NCBI GenBank assembly: GCA_035552155.1
Contig: DASZLX010000018.1
Location: 391,600 to 455,599, forward strand
Reading direction: 5' to 3'
DNA length: 64,000 bases
Origin: Verrucomicrobiia bacterium
Lineage (GTDB): Bacteria > Verrucomicrobiota > Verrucomicrobiia > Limisphaerales > DASXHY01
Shown here: one piece after another, positions 32,048 through 41,423 of the stretch
Layout: each line of letters starts with the position of its first letter
Position numbering within the stretch: the stretch's first letter is position 1
Made by a program: the position numbers and the translations under genes
Notes under the pieces: generated by a model
Told to the model about the DNA's origin: nothing
What the model saw: the letters and a program-made list of their open reading frames with translations, nothing else
The model's database searches: none

Positions 32048-34192
32048 ATGCTACAGAAAAATTGTTTTTTAGGTTTCGCCGTGTTTCTCGCGACGATTTT
32101 ACTTAACAACGTCTCCGCGTCCGCCGCCGCGTCTCACGAACAGGTCGAGGTAAAGACCAAAAATTTCACAGTGACTTTTTTCGTGGGTGACGATGGCCGC
32201 CTTTATCAAATCCCCATCGGCGGCAGCAAACCGGACGCTAAGCATTTGCGAGACGAGGAGTTTTATCCACAGGCAGGCGATGGCTACATCTGGGAGCCGG
32301 CGCTGCAACTGGCCCATGCGGATGGCAATACGTCCACCGTGCTTCACTATGAGGGCGTCACGCAGACCAATGAATCGCCGGAAATCGAGTTGACGCGCAT
32401 TCACCTGCGCGACCCGGCTTATCCGTTCGATGTGACGCTTTGTTTTCGAACACATCACGACGAGGATGTCATCGAGCAATGGACGGAAATCCGCCACCAG
32501 GAGCCGAACGCCGTCCTGCTGAAGCGCATGGCGTCCACTTCGCTTCTGCTGAACACGAACGTTTACCTGACGCATTTCTTCGGCGATTGGGCGAAGGAGA
32601 TGTTGAATCCCATCACCGAGAAAATCACTCCCGGCACGAAGATTTTCGATTCAAAAATCGGAGTCCGCGCGACGCAATTCAACAATCCCTCGTTCTTTTT
32701 AGCGCTCAACGGCCAGGCGACCGAGACCAATGGCCAGGTGCTCGCGGGGTCGCTCGCGTGGTCGGGTAGTTTTCAATGCGCCTTCGACGACAACAACTAC
32801 TCAGTGCGGGCGTTGTGCGGCATCAATCCGTTTGCGTCCACTTATCGCCTGGAACCGAATAAAACCTTTACGACACCGACGATGATTTGGGTGTGGAGCG
32901 GCAGCGGGCTGGGAGACATGAGCCGGAAATTTCATCGCTGGGCGCGCGATTTTGGCATTCGCGACGGGCACAAGACGCGCACGGTGCTGCTCAACAATTG
33001 GGAGGCGACCGGTTTTGATTTTGATTTTGATCGCATCGCGAATTTGTTCGGCCCGGCAAAGGAAATCGGGACCGAGTTGTTTCTCCTGGACGACGGCTGG
33101 TTCGGGAACAAATATCCACGCACGAACGACCTGGCGGGCCTCGGCGACTGGCAGCCCAACCGCAAACGGCTGCCGAACGGCCTGGCGCCGCTGGCCGCCG
33201 CAGCGATCAAGCACGGGCTCCAGTTCGGCATCTGGATGGAGCCGGAAATGGTGAACCCGAAGAGCGAATTGTTCGACGAGCATCCGGATTGGGTCATTCA
33301 TCAGCCGAAACGCGAGCTCGAATTGCAGCGGCATCAACTCGTGCTGGACCTCACGCGCCCGGCGGTGCAGGAATTCGAGTGGAAAACCATCCAAAGCATT
33401 CTCAGCGTGCCGGGAATCACTTATGCCAAGTGGGATTGCAACCGATATCTCACGCAACCGGGTTCGGAATACCTGGCGCCGGACCGCCAGTCGGAGCTTT
33501 GGATTGATTACGTCCAGGCGCTCTACGCGTTGATGGAGAAAACGGCGAAGGCTTTTCCGAACACGGAATTGATGCTTTGTTCCGGCGGCGGCGGCCGGGC
33601 GGATTATGGGGCGTTGAAATACTTTCACGAATTCTGGCCGAGCGACAACACCGACCCGGTTTCCCGCGTGCTGATGCAGTGGGATTATTCCTATTTCTTT
33701 CCGCCCACGGCAATCGCCGGACACGTGACCCATTGGGGCAACCGTCCGATGCATTTTGCGTGCAGCGTGGCGATGAGCGCGCGGTTCGGGATGGATCTGG
33801 ACCTAAACAAATTATCGGCGGAGGACAAAGCCATTTGCGCGGGCGCCATCAGCGCCTACAAAAAGATCCGCGACGTGACTTCGCTCGGCGATTTATATCG
33901 GTTGGAAGACCCGCACGACGGCATCCGGAGCGCGCTGAATTTTGTATCGCCGGACCAGTCGCGCGCGGTGATGTTCGTGTTCCAGTTGCAGGACGGCCAA
34001 AACGCGGTGGTGCGGCCGCAAGGGTTGGACCCGGCGAAGCGTTATACGATTGGCGAACTGAATCCGGTCCCGGGACGTCCCGCTATGGAGCAGGAAGGGA
34101 AAACTTTCACGGGCGAGGAATTGATGCGCGACGGAATTTCGCCGTCTTGTTCGAAGGCGCTGGAAGCCTGCGTGATTGAATTGAATTCATAG
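32048..34192 (+). CDS. Alpha-galactosidase, glycoside hydrolase family 36 (with signal peptide)
   Basis: VLLNNWEATGFDFDFDRI, ELFLLDDGWFGNKYPRTNDLAGLGDWQPNRKRLPNGL, GLQFGIWMEPEMVNPKSELFDEHPDWV and KWDCNR are GH36 hallmarks. The N-terminus MLQKNCFLGFAVFLATILLNNVSASAAAS looks like a signal peptide. Confidence 0.9.
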   Translation: MLQKNCFLGFAVFLATILLNNVSASAAASHEQVEVKTKNFTVTFFVGDDGRLYQIPIGGSKPDAKHLRDEEFYPQAGDGYIWEPALQLAHADGNTSTVLHYEGVTQTNESPEIELTRIHLRDPAYPFDVTLCFRTHHDEDVIEQWTEIRHQEPNAVLLKRMASTSLLLNTNVYLTHFFGDWAKEMLNPITEKITPGTKIFDSKIGVRATQFNNPSFFLALNGQATETNGQVLAGSLAWSGSFQCAFDDNNYSVRALCGINPFASTYRLEPNKTFTTPTMIWVWSGSGLGDMSRKFHRWARDFGIRDGHKTRTVLLNNWEATGFDFDFDRIANLFGPAKEIGTELFLLDDGWFGNKYPRTNDLAGLGDWQPNRKRLPNGLAPLAAAAIKHGLQFGIWMEPEMVNPKSELFDEHPDWVIHQPKRELELQRHQLVLDLTRPAVQEFEWKTIQSILSVPGITYAKWDCNRYLTQPGSEYLAPDRQSELWIDYVQALYALMEKTAKAFPNTELMLCSGGGGRADYGALKYFHEFWPSDNTDPVSRVLMQWDYSYFFPPTAIAGHVTHWGNRPMHFACSVAMSARFGMDLDLNKLSAEDKAICAGAISAYKKIRDVTSLGDLYRLEDPHDGIRSALNFVSPDQSRAVMFVFQLQDGQNAVVRPQGLDPAKRYTIGELNPVPGRPAMEQEGKTFTGEELMRDGISPSCSKALEACVIELNS

Positions 34193-34218
34193 ACCCTTCC
34201 GATCGTCAGTAACTGATC

Positions 34219-36144
34219 ATGTTTTCAAGACTGAAAGATATCCGCTTCGCTCTGCGGGTGATACTGCTCACTACATTGATGGGGAATGTCTCATCAGCCG
34301 TCCAAAGCTGGTCGCTGGCTTCTCCAAATGGGCGCTGCGAGATCGACGTGTCGCTCGGGAATGACGGGAGCCTGAGTTACGATGTTTATCGGCAAGGGAA
34401 AGCGGTGTTAAAGAATTCACCACTCGGGCTTCGCTGTGACACGGAGGATTTTGAACGCGCGCTGGTGTTCGCTTCGGACGGAACGGCAACGAGTCGTTCC
34501 GAGGTGTATGACTTATTTTCCGGTGCCCACACGCACGTGGATCATCAGGTGCGACAGCGCAATCTCGTCTTTCAAAATACGAATGGCGCCGCCATTGAAA
34601 TTGACCTGGCGGCGACGGAAGAAGGAGTCGCGTTCCGGTATCGTTTTCCGGAAACGAACAGCGGCGTTCGCATCGTTGAATCCGAGCTTACCGGGTTTCA
34701 GTTGCCGCCAAACGCCCGCGGCTGGTTGCAGCCTTATCATGCCGCGGGACCTTACACGCCGGCTTACGAGGATTTCTTTTTTAACGTCTCTCCCGGCGAC
34801 CCGCCGCCCGATTCGCGCGCGAAAGCGGTCGGCTGGGGATTTCCGGCGCTCTTTCACGTTCCGGATGCCGATACCTGGGCGCTTTTGACTGAATCCGGCA
34901 CGGACGAATCCTACTGCGGCTGCCATCTCGGGGCGGATTCCTCCAGCGGACTTTACCGCATCGCGTTTCCAGCGAGCGATCAGGGGACCAAGGGTTGGAC
35001 GAATAAATTCGGTCCCGAGCCGCGCTTTTCGCTTCCCTGGACCATGCCGTGGCGCGTGATCGTGCTGGGCGGTAATGCGGGCGATATTGCGATGTCCAGC
35101 CTGGTCACTGACCTCGCGCCGCCGGCGCGCGTGGCGGACACTTCCTGGATCAAACCCGGCCGCGCTTCCTGGGCCTGGTGGTCGCATCGGAGCGGGCCGG
35201 ACACCACGAACCTGTTCGATTCCTTCACGGATTTCGCGGCGAAAATGGGATGGGAATACACGTTGTTTGACGCCGGCTGGTGGAAGGTGGGATTGAAAAA
35301 TATTTCCGATTATGCCCGCGGCCAGGGGGTCGTGCCGCTGGCCTGGAGTTTCGCCTCGGATTTTTACGATCCGGAAACGCGCGCCAAGAAACTGGATTCG
35401 ATGGCAGCCGACGGCGCCGGCGGCGTGAAGGTGGATTTCTGGTGTTCGGACCGGCAGGAAGCCATCGCGGCGATGCTGGGATTGTTCCGCGATGCCGCCG
35501 CGCGGCATATGGTGGTGAATACGCACGGCTGCACAATACCGCGCGGATGGCAACGGACGTGGCCGAATTTTCTGACGTGCGAAGCCGTCCTCGGCACGGA
35601 ATCGTATTTTTACGAGCCTCGTTACACCGAAAAGGCCGCGGAGTTGAACACGGTCCTGCCGTTCACGCGAAATGCCATCGGGCCGATGGATTCGACACCG
35701 GTCGCCTGCACGCCCAAAAAATACCCGCGCACGACCACGGCGGCGCACGAACTGGCCACGGCCATCATCCTGAATTCGGGCATCATTCATTATGCGGACC
35801 AACCGGAATTTTTCGAGTCGCTGCCGGCGGAGGCGTTGCAGGTCTTTCGCGACGCCCCGGCGCGCTGGGATGAAACGCGCTGCCTCGCGGGTGACCCGGG
35901 ACGAGTGGTGGTCTTCGCGCGACGCTCGGGGAAAAGCTGGTTCGTCGCCGGCCTCAACGGGACCAACGCTCCCCTGCCCCTGGAACTGGATCTTTCCGCC
36001 TTCAAAAATTTTCCAAAGCGGATTCTGATTGCCGAAGGGACCGACGCGATCATGCAAGTGACGGTCTCGAAAACGCCGATATCCAATCATTGGAAGCATA
36101 CGCTGCCGCCACGCGGCGGTTTTATTTTGAGGTTCGATCGGTAA
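34219..36144 (+). CDS. Glycoside hydrolase family 97 (alpha-glucosidase/alpha-galactosidase-type)
   Basis: Signal peptide, then a GH97 N-terminal beta-sandwich (SPNGRCEIDVSLGNDGSLSYDVYRQGKAVLKNSPLGL). The TIM barrel carries GGVKVDFWCSDRQEAI and HGCTIPRGWQRTWPNFLTCEAVLG. It starts 26 nt after the GH36 gene. Confidence 0.8.
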   Translation: MFSRLKDIRFALRVILLTTLMGNVSSAVQSWSLASPNGRCEIDVSLGNDGSLSYDVYRQGKAVLKNSPLGLRCDTEDFERALVFASDGTATSRSEVYDLFSGAHTHVDHQVRQRNLVFQNTNGAAIEIDLAATEEGVAFRYRFPETNSGVRIVESELTGFQLPPNARGWLQPYHAAGPYTPAYEDFFFNVSPGDPPPDSRAKAVGWGFPALFHVPDADTWALLTESGTDESYCGCHLGADSSSGLYRIAFPASDQGTKGWTNKFGPEPRFSLPWTMPWRVIVLGGNAGDIAMSSLVTDLAPPARVADTSWIKPGRASWAWWSHRSGPDTTNLFDSFTDFAAKMGWEYTLFDAGWWKVGLKNISDYARGQGVVPLAWSFASDFYDPETRAKKLDSMAADGAGGVKVDFWCSDRQEAIAAMLGLFRDAAARHMVVNTHGCTIPRGWQRTWPNFLTCEAVLGTESYFYEPRYTEKAAELNTVLPFTRNAIGPMDSTPVACTPKKYPRTTTAAHELATAIILNSGIIHYADQPEFFESLPAEALQVFRDAPARWDETRCLAGDPGRVVVFARRSGKSWFVAGLNGTNAPLPLELDLSAFKNFPKRILIAEGTDAIMQVTVSKTPISNHWKHTLPPRGGFILRFDR

Positions 36145-36177
36145 TTTTCAAGGCCTCAAAATTTGGACATCCGAGTT

Positions 36178-38601
36178 ATGAAAAATCTTTATCTCTCCGG
36201 CCTGGCAATGTTTGCGATCATCAGCCTGGCTACGACAGCCCGTGCCGCCTCGCCCGAAACGAGCATCTGGATGGACGCCCCGGCGCGGAATTTCACGCAG
36301 TCCTCGCCGATGGGAAATGGCCGGCTGGGAGCGATGATGTTTGGCGGCGTGAATGACGAGCGGATTGTTTTGAATGAAAGTTCCGTCTGGTCCGGCTCGC
36401 GCCAGGACGCCGATCGTCCGGACGCTTACAAGGTGCTGCCCGAGATTCAGAAATTATTGCTCGAAGGAAAGAATACCGAGGCCGAGGCGCTCGTAAACGC
36501 GAACTTCACCTGCAAAGGGCCGGGCTCCGCGAGTGGCTCCGGTAATAGCCAGTATGGCTGCTATCAGGTGCTCGGAAATCTTCATCTGTTGTTCACCGAC
36601 ACCAATGCGCCGGTTGAGAATTATCGCCGCGAACTCGACCTCGACGACGCAGTGACGCGCCTGGAATACCTCCGCGGCGGCATCACTTTCACGCGTGAAA
36701 TGTTTGTGAGCGCGCCCGACCAGGTGATGGTTTTGCATTTGAGCGCCAACCGCGGGAAAGCCATTTCTTTCGAGGCGCGGCTGGATCGTCCGGAGCGTTT
36801 TGAAACCACCGGCGACGGCAACAACGGCCTTTTGATGACGGGACAATTGAACGACGGACTGTCCGGTAAAACCGGTGTCCGCTACGTCGCGCGCATCCGG
36901 GTGGTGAATCGCGGTGGCGAGGTGTCCGTTCACGGGAATGTTTTGAAGGTCAGCAAGGCTGATGAAATCACGTTGCTCATCGCAGCGGGAACGGATTACC
37001 AGGGCTTCGCGGGCCGCCAGACCAGGGATCCGCTCGCGGCGACGCTTGATGATTTGACCAAGGCGGCGAAAAAATCCTTTGCGTCGCTGCGCAAAGCGCA
37101 CGTTGCGGATTATCAAAAATATTTTCACCGGGTTTCGCTCAAGCTTCCGCCCGCCGACGCGGATGGCGCCCTCAAACCCACTCCCGAACGACTTCTGTTC
37201 GCGCAAAAACACGGCGGCGATCCGAGCCTGGCGGCGTTGTATTTTAATTTCGGCCGCTACCTGTTGATTTCGTCGTCCCGGCCCGGCGGTTTTCCCGCCA
37301 ATCTTCAAGGCATCTGGGCGGAGGAAATTCAAACGCCGTGGACGGGTGACTGGCACCTGGACGTGAATGTGGAGATGAATTACTGGCCGGCGGAGGCGTG
37401 CAATTTATCCGACCTCACGCAGCCGCTATTTGCCCTGATCTCTTCGTTGCAGAATCCCGGAGCAAAAACCGCGCACGATTATTACCATGCGCGCGGATGG
37501 GTGGCGCACGTCATCACGAATCCGTGGGGTTTCACCTCGCCGGGAGAATCGGCTTCCTGGGGCGCGGCGACCTGCGGCTCGCCGTGGTTGTGCCAGCATC
37601 TTTGGGATCATTATTTATTCACGGAAGACCGGGAGTTTCTAAAATGGGCTTATCCCATCATGAGAGGCTCGGCGTTATTTTATTCCGACATGCTGATCGA
37701 AGAGCCAAAACATCATTGGCTGGTGGTGGCGCCGGCCAATTCGCCGGAGAACCATTTTCGAATGCCCGACGGCAAGGAAGCGTCCATTTGCATGGGGCCG
37801 ACGATGATGCAGCAACTCGTGCGCTATCTTTTCAGCGCGTGCATTGAATCGTCCAAAATTCTGGGTGTGGACGAAAATTTTCGCAATGATTTGATTGCCC
37901 GGCGCGCGCGGCTGGCTCCGACGCAAATCGGGCCGGACGGCCGCGTCATGGAATGGCTGGAACCCTACGGGGAGCCGGAGCCGCATCATCGCCATATCTC
38001 GCATCTTTGGGGTTTGTATCCCGGCAATGAAATTTCGCCTGAGACAACCCCGCAATTGGCGGAAGCCGCACGCAAAAGCTTGATCGGGCGCGGAGCGGTC
38101 CCGACTGGCCAGGGCGGGGCCGGAAATGTCGGCTGGTCGATCGCTTACAAGGCCGCCTTGTGGGCGCGGCTCGGCAATGGAGATTACGCCTGGGGCATGG
38201 TTCGCGACGCGCTTCAACCGGTGTTTGGCACGGAGGAGCGCTATGATGGCGGGGGCGGTGTTTGTCCAAATCTATTCGACGTCTGCCCGCCGTTTCAAAT
38301 CGACGGAAATTTCGGCACGACGGCTGCCATCGCGGAAATGCTGCTGCAAAGCGGCGATGGGGAAATTCATCTGCTGCCCGCTCTGCCGGACGCGTGGAAA
38401 GAAGGAAGCGTCACCGGCCTGCGCGCGCGAGGCGGATTCGAGGTCTCCGTGACTTGGAAAGCGGGACAGTTGACCACGGCAACGATTCGTTCGACCACCG
38501 GCGAGCCTTGCCGCTTGCGTTACCGCGACCAATCCATCGAGCTCAAAATCAGAAAAGGGAAAACTGTCACGTTCGGCGCCAGCTTAAGCAACGCGAGGTA
38601 G
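36178..38601 (+). CDS. Glycoside hydrolase family 95 (alpha-L-fucosidase-type)
   Basis: ATG 36178 gives the signal peptide [23 protein letters not shown]. Motifs [62 protein letters not shown] and [13 protein letters not shown]. Confidence 0.9.
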   Translation: MKNLYLSGLAMFAIISLATTARAASPETSIWMDAPARNFTQSSPMGNGRLGAMMFGGVNDERIVLNESSVWSGSRQDADRPDAYKVLPEIQKLLLEGKNTEAEALVNANFTCKGPGSASGSGNSQYGCYQVLGNLHLLFTDTNAPVENYRRELDLDDAVTRLEYLRGGITFTREMFVSAPDQVMVLHLSANRGKAISFEARLDRPERFETTGDGNNGLLMTGQLNDGLSGKTGVRYVARIRVVNRGGEVSVHGNVLKVSKADEITLLIAAGTDYQGFAGRQTRDPLAATLDDLTKAAKKSFASLRKAHVADYQKYFHRVSLKLPPADADGALKPTPERLLFAQKHGGDPSLAALYFNFGRYLLISSSRPGGFPANLQGIWAEEIQTPWTGDWHLDVNVEMNYWPAEACNLSDLTQPLFALISSLQNPGAKTAHDYYHARGWVAHVITNPWGFTSPGESASWGAATCGSPWLCQHLWDHYLFTEDREFLKWAYPIMRGSALFYSDMLIEEPKHHWLVVAPANSPENHFRMPDGKEASICMGPTMMQQLVRYLFSACIESSKILGVDENFRNDLIARRARLAPTQIGPDGRVMEWLEPYGEPEPHHRHISHLWGLYPGNEISPETTPQLAEAARKSLIGRGAVPTGQGGAGNVGWSIAYKAALWARLGNGDYAWGMVRDALQPVFGTEERYDGGGGVCPNLFDVCPPFQIDGNFGTTAAIAEMLLQSGDGEIHLLPALPDAWKEGSVTGLRARGGFEVSVTWKAGQLTTATIRSTTGEPCRLRYRDQSIELKIRKGKTVTFGASLSNAR

Positions 38602-38652
38602 ACAGGCTCCTTTCCATTCTCTTCGGCGAATAAAGTGAGCCTGCAGTAAGCT

Positions 38653-38671
38653 CCCACCCGAAAGAGGGATG
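38653..38671 (+). promoter_or_regulatory. 19-nt motif CCCACCCGAAAGAGGGATG, 51 nt upstream of the start codon
   Basis: An exact copy on the opposite strand lies at 50336-50354, at a comparable distance upstream of another secreted-protein gene. Confidence 0.5.
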
Positions 38672-38722
38672 AATCGTTTCCCGGGATTCTCCAAGCTATT
38701 CAGAAATCCGTCATAGCCTGTT

Positions 38723-41335
38723 ATGTCCATGAAAGCGGCCCGTTTTAAATTGATACCGGGCCGCGCACTTGCCAGGCATGTTGGGCGCGGATTTTTATCG
38801 CTGGCGGTTCTTGCCGGTTGGCTCGGCACTTTTGCAATTCACGCTCAAGTCATCAATTTCGACGTCCCCGGCGGCGCGGGTGCGGTCAATTATTCCGGCC
38901 CCGGCGCCTGTCCTGATCCCAGTAATAATTATTGGAACCCGGTGAAAGGCGGAGGAACGACGGCGGCGACAAATCGATTGTCGGATGGAATTACCGCCAG
39001 CGCGATCACCTTGACTTCCCAGTATGGCGGCACGTTCGGCACTCAAGGAAGCCAGGGCACGCCGGCGGCATTGCAATCACCCTACCAATATAACAATGCG
39101 ATCCGCCGGACCAATACGCTCAACAATGTCCCGCCCGGAACCTACAACCTCTACCTTTACAGCATCAACAATCTCGGGAACCGCGGCACGACGTTTTCAG
39201 TTTTCACCACCGCCACACCGGCGATGACTCTCAGCACTTCCAACACTCCGGCCAGCCTTAATACGTTCATCAACGGAGCGGATTATGTCGTGTTCAGCAA
39301 CCTAGTTTTAACGATGACGGGGACGATTGCTTTTACCTGGACCGCCAATCCGAATGTGGCGCTCGCCGGAAATAATGAAGGCGATTTCAGCGGACTGCAA
39401 CTGGTGCTCGTTTCCACCGACACGGATGGCGCCGCTCCCAATTTCGGGCCAAACGTGCTGATTTTCGATCCCTCGATGGGGTCGTCCGCCATCCAGAGCC
39501 AGATGGATCCCGTGTTTTCGGCGCAACACAACAGTCAATTCGGCGCCGGGCGTTTTGCCTACCTTTTTAAGCCCGGCCAATATACGAACCTGGATGTCAA
39601 TCTTGGCTATTATATGCAGGTGCTCGGGCTTGGACAAATGCCCGATGCGGTCACAATTACCGGCGATGTTCATTCAGATGGAGTTCTCGCCAATCACAAT
39701 GCCACGACCACTTTTTGGCGCGCGTGCGAAAACTTTGCCGTGACGCCCACGAACGCAGGCGCGAGCCTCCTCGAAGCCAATAACACGATGACCTGGGCGC
39801 AGTCGCAGGGGGCATGGATGCGGCGCATGCACATCAAGGGGAGTATCAATCTGGCCAACACCAACAGCGGAGCTTATTCGAGCGGCGGTTACCTGGCGGA
39901 TTCCAAAATAGATTCCACGATCAATTCGAAGACCCAGCAACAGTGGATTTCCCGAAACGACATTTGGAAAACGTGGTCCGGGCAAAATTGGAACATGGTT
40001 TTTGTGGGTGTTTCCAACCCGCCCTCCGGAACGTGGCCCGGTTCAAAATTCACCGTCATTACCAACGCGCCTTTGGTGCGCGAAAAGCCGTACCTGGCTC
40101 TCGATAATAACAGCAACTTCGTGGTCATGGTGCCGAATCTCCAGACCAACCGCATCGGCACGACCTGGAGCGCCGGTTTGACGCCGGCCACTTCCGTGCC
40201 CATCAATCAGTTTTATACCGCGCAACCCGTGCTCGATAATGCGGCCACCATCAACGCCGCGCTGGATGCCGGCCTGAATATAATTTTTACTCCCGGCGTT
40301 TATCAGCTTACCAACACCATTTTTGTGACGCGGCCGGACACCATTATCATGGGACTCGGATACCCGACGCTCATACCCGCAAATGGAAAGGTCACAATGC
40401 AGATTGCCGATGTCGACGGCGTCACAGTGAGCGGTTTGATATTCGATGCGGGAACAACAGCCTCGCCGGCATTGTTGCAGGTCGGGACCAGCGCTGGAAG
40501 CGTGCGGCACTATTCCGATCCCATATGTATTTATGACATTTCCAGCCGGGTGGGAGGACAATTCGTCGGCACGACCACAAATTGCATGACCATTTACGCC
40601 AATGATGTGCTGGCGGAAAATTTATGGCTCTGGCGCGCGGATCATGGCGCGGGTTCCAGCCCCGCGTGGATCGGCAATCCCAGCTCCACCGGCCTGGAGG
40701 TGGATGGTGATAATGTTACCATTTACGGTTTGTTCTGCGAGCATCACGAGAAATTTCAGACGATATGGAACGGTAATTGGGGCCGGGTCTATTTCTACCA
40801 ATCCGAGTTGCCCTATGACGCTCCGTCACAAACCCTGTGGTCGCACGACGGCGTCAACGGTTATGCCTCCTACAAAATCGCCGACTCAGTCACCAGCCAT
40901 CAGGCTTACGGGCTGGGCGTCTATGGAGTTTTTAATAATTCCACCGCGAAGTGCTTCAACACGATCGAAACTCCAACGACTACCCCGCAAGTCAACGTGC
41001 ATAACATGATTAACGTTTACATCACCGGACAGGCGGGCAGCGAAATGACGCATATTATCAACGGGACTGGAAACACACTCACGACGGGCGTGACGACGAC
41101 CACCGCGAATTATCTTTGGCAGAATCCCGGCTTCGCATTGGAGACCTTTTCGAGCGGAACGAATCTTAACCTTCTCTTGCCGACGGAATCCTGGCGGTCC
41201 TATCACGTACAATATAAAAACAATCTGACGGACCCGACGTGGCTGCTCCTGAGCAACGTTCCGGGAAACGACACATTGCAATCGATAGTCCTTTCGACCC
41301 CTTTCAGTAACCGCTTCTACCGCGCGACCTACTGA
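38723..41335 (+). CDS. Secreted right-handed beta-helix (pectate-lyase-fold, two-lobe, GH55-like?) glycosidase-like protein with an N-terminal beta-sandwich and a C-terminal '...FYR' module
   Basis: Signal/anchor LSLAVLAGWLGTFAIHAQ. The two lobes show FAYLFKPGQYTNLDVNLGYYMQVLGLG and LNIIFTPGVYQLTNTIFVTRPDTIIMGLGYPTL (pectate_lyase_3-like), plus WLWRADHG and LFCEHHEKF. The C-terminus reads WRSYHVQYKNNLTDPTWLLLSNVPG...SNRFYRATY. The family assignment is uncertain. Confidence 0.6.
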   Translation: MSMKAARFKLIPGRALARHVGRGFLSLAVLAGWLGTFAIHAQVINFDVPGGAGAVNYSGPGACPDPSNNYWNPVKGGGTTAATNRLSDGITASAITLTSQYGGTFGTQGSQGTPAALQSPYQYNNAIRRTNTLNNVPPGTYNLYLYSINNLGNRGTTFSVFTTATPAMTLSTSNTPASLNTFINGADYVVFSNLVLTMTGTIAFTWTANPNVALAGNNEGDFSGLQLVLVSTDTDGAAPNFGPNVLIFDPSMGSSAIQSQMDPVFSAQHNSQFGAGRFAYLFKPGQYTNLDVNLGYYMQVLGLGQMPDAVTITGDVHSDGVLANHNATTTFWRACENFAVTPTNAGASLLEANNTMTWAQSQGAWMRRMHIKGSINLANTNSGAYSSGGYLADSKIDSTINSKTQQQWISRNDIWKTWSGQNWNMVFVGVSNPPSGTWPGSKFTVITNAPLVREKPYLALDNNSNFVVMVPNLQTNRIGTTWSAGLTPATSVPINQFYTAQPVLDNAATINAALDAGLNIIFTPGVYQLTNTIFVTRPDTIIMGLGYPTLIPANGKVTMQIADVDGVTVSGLIFDAGTTASPALLQVGTSAGSVRHYSDPICIYDISSRVGGQFVGTTTNCMTIYANDVLAENLWLWRADHGAGSSPAWIGNPSSTGLEVDGDNVTIYGLFCEHHEKFQTIWNGNWGRVYFYQSELPYDAPSQTLWSHDGVNGYASYKIADSVTSHQAYGLGVYGVFNNSTAKCFNTIETPTTTPQVNVHNMINVYITGQAGSEMTHIINGTGNTLTTGVTTTTANYLWQNPGFALETFSSGTNLNLLLPTESWRSYHVQYKNNLTDPTWLLLSNVPGNDTLQSIVLSTPFSNRFYRATY

Positions 41336-41340
41336 TTTTT

Positions 41341-41410
41341 GCCACAGAGACACAGCGGACGCAGAGCCGAGCAGCAAATTATTGTTCTGTGAACTCCGTG
41401 TCTCTATGGC
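41341..41410. terminator. Imperfect long hairpin in the convergent gap (possible bidirectional terminator / REP-like)
   Basis: gccaCagagacac... (41341-) pairs with ...gtgtctctAtggc (-41410): 4 + 8 bp interrupted by one mismatch. There is no clear U-tract on either side. Confidence 0.3.
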
Positions 41411-41423
41411 AAACCCGAACTGT

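Noticed and set aside
34513-36099. 528-aa minus-strand ORF, one of the longest in the track
   Set aside because: It is extremely Arg/Gly/Pro-rich with no recognisable motifs, and it lies exactly antisense to the well-supported GH97 gene. This is a typical high-GC shadow ORF. The same reasoning applies to 32801-33754, 36454-37356, 37675-38217, 39674-40561 and 40886-41455.
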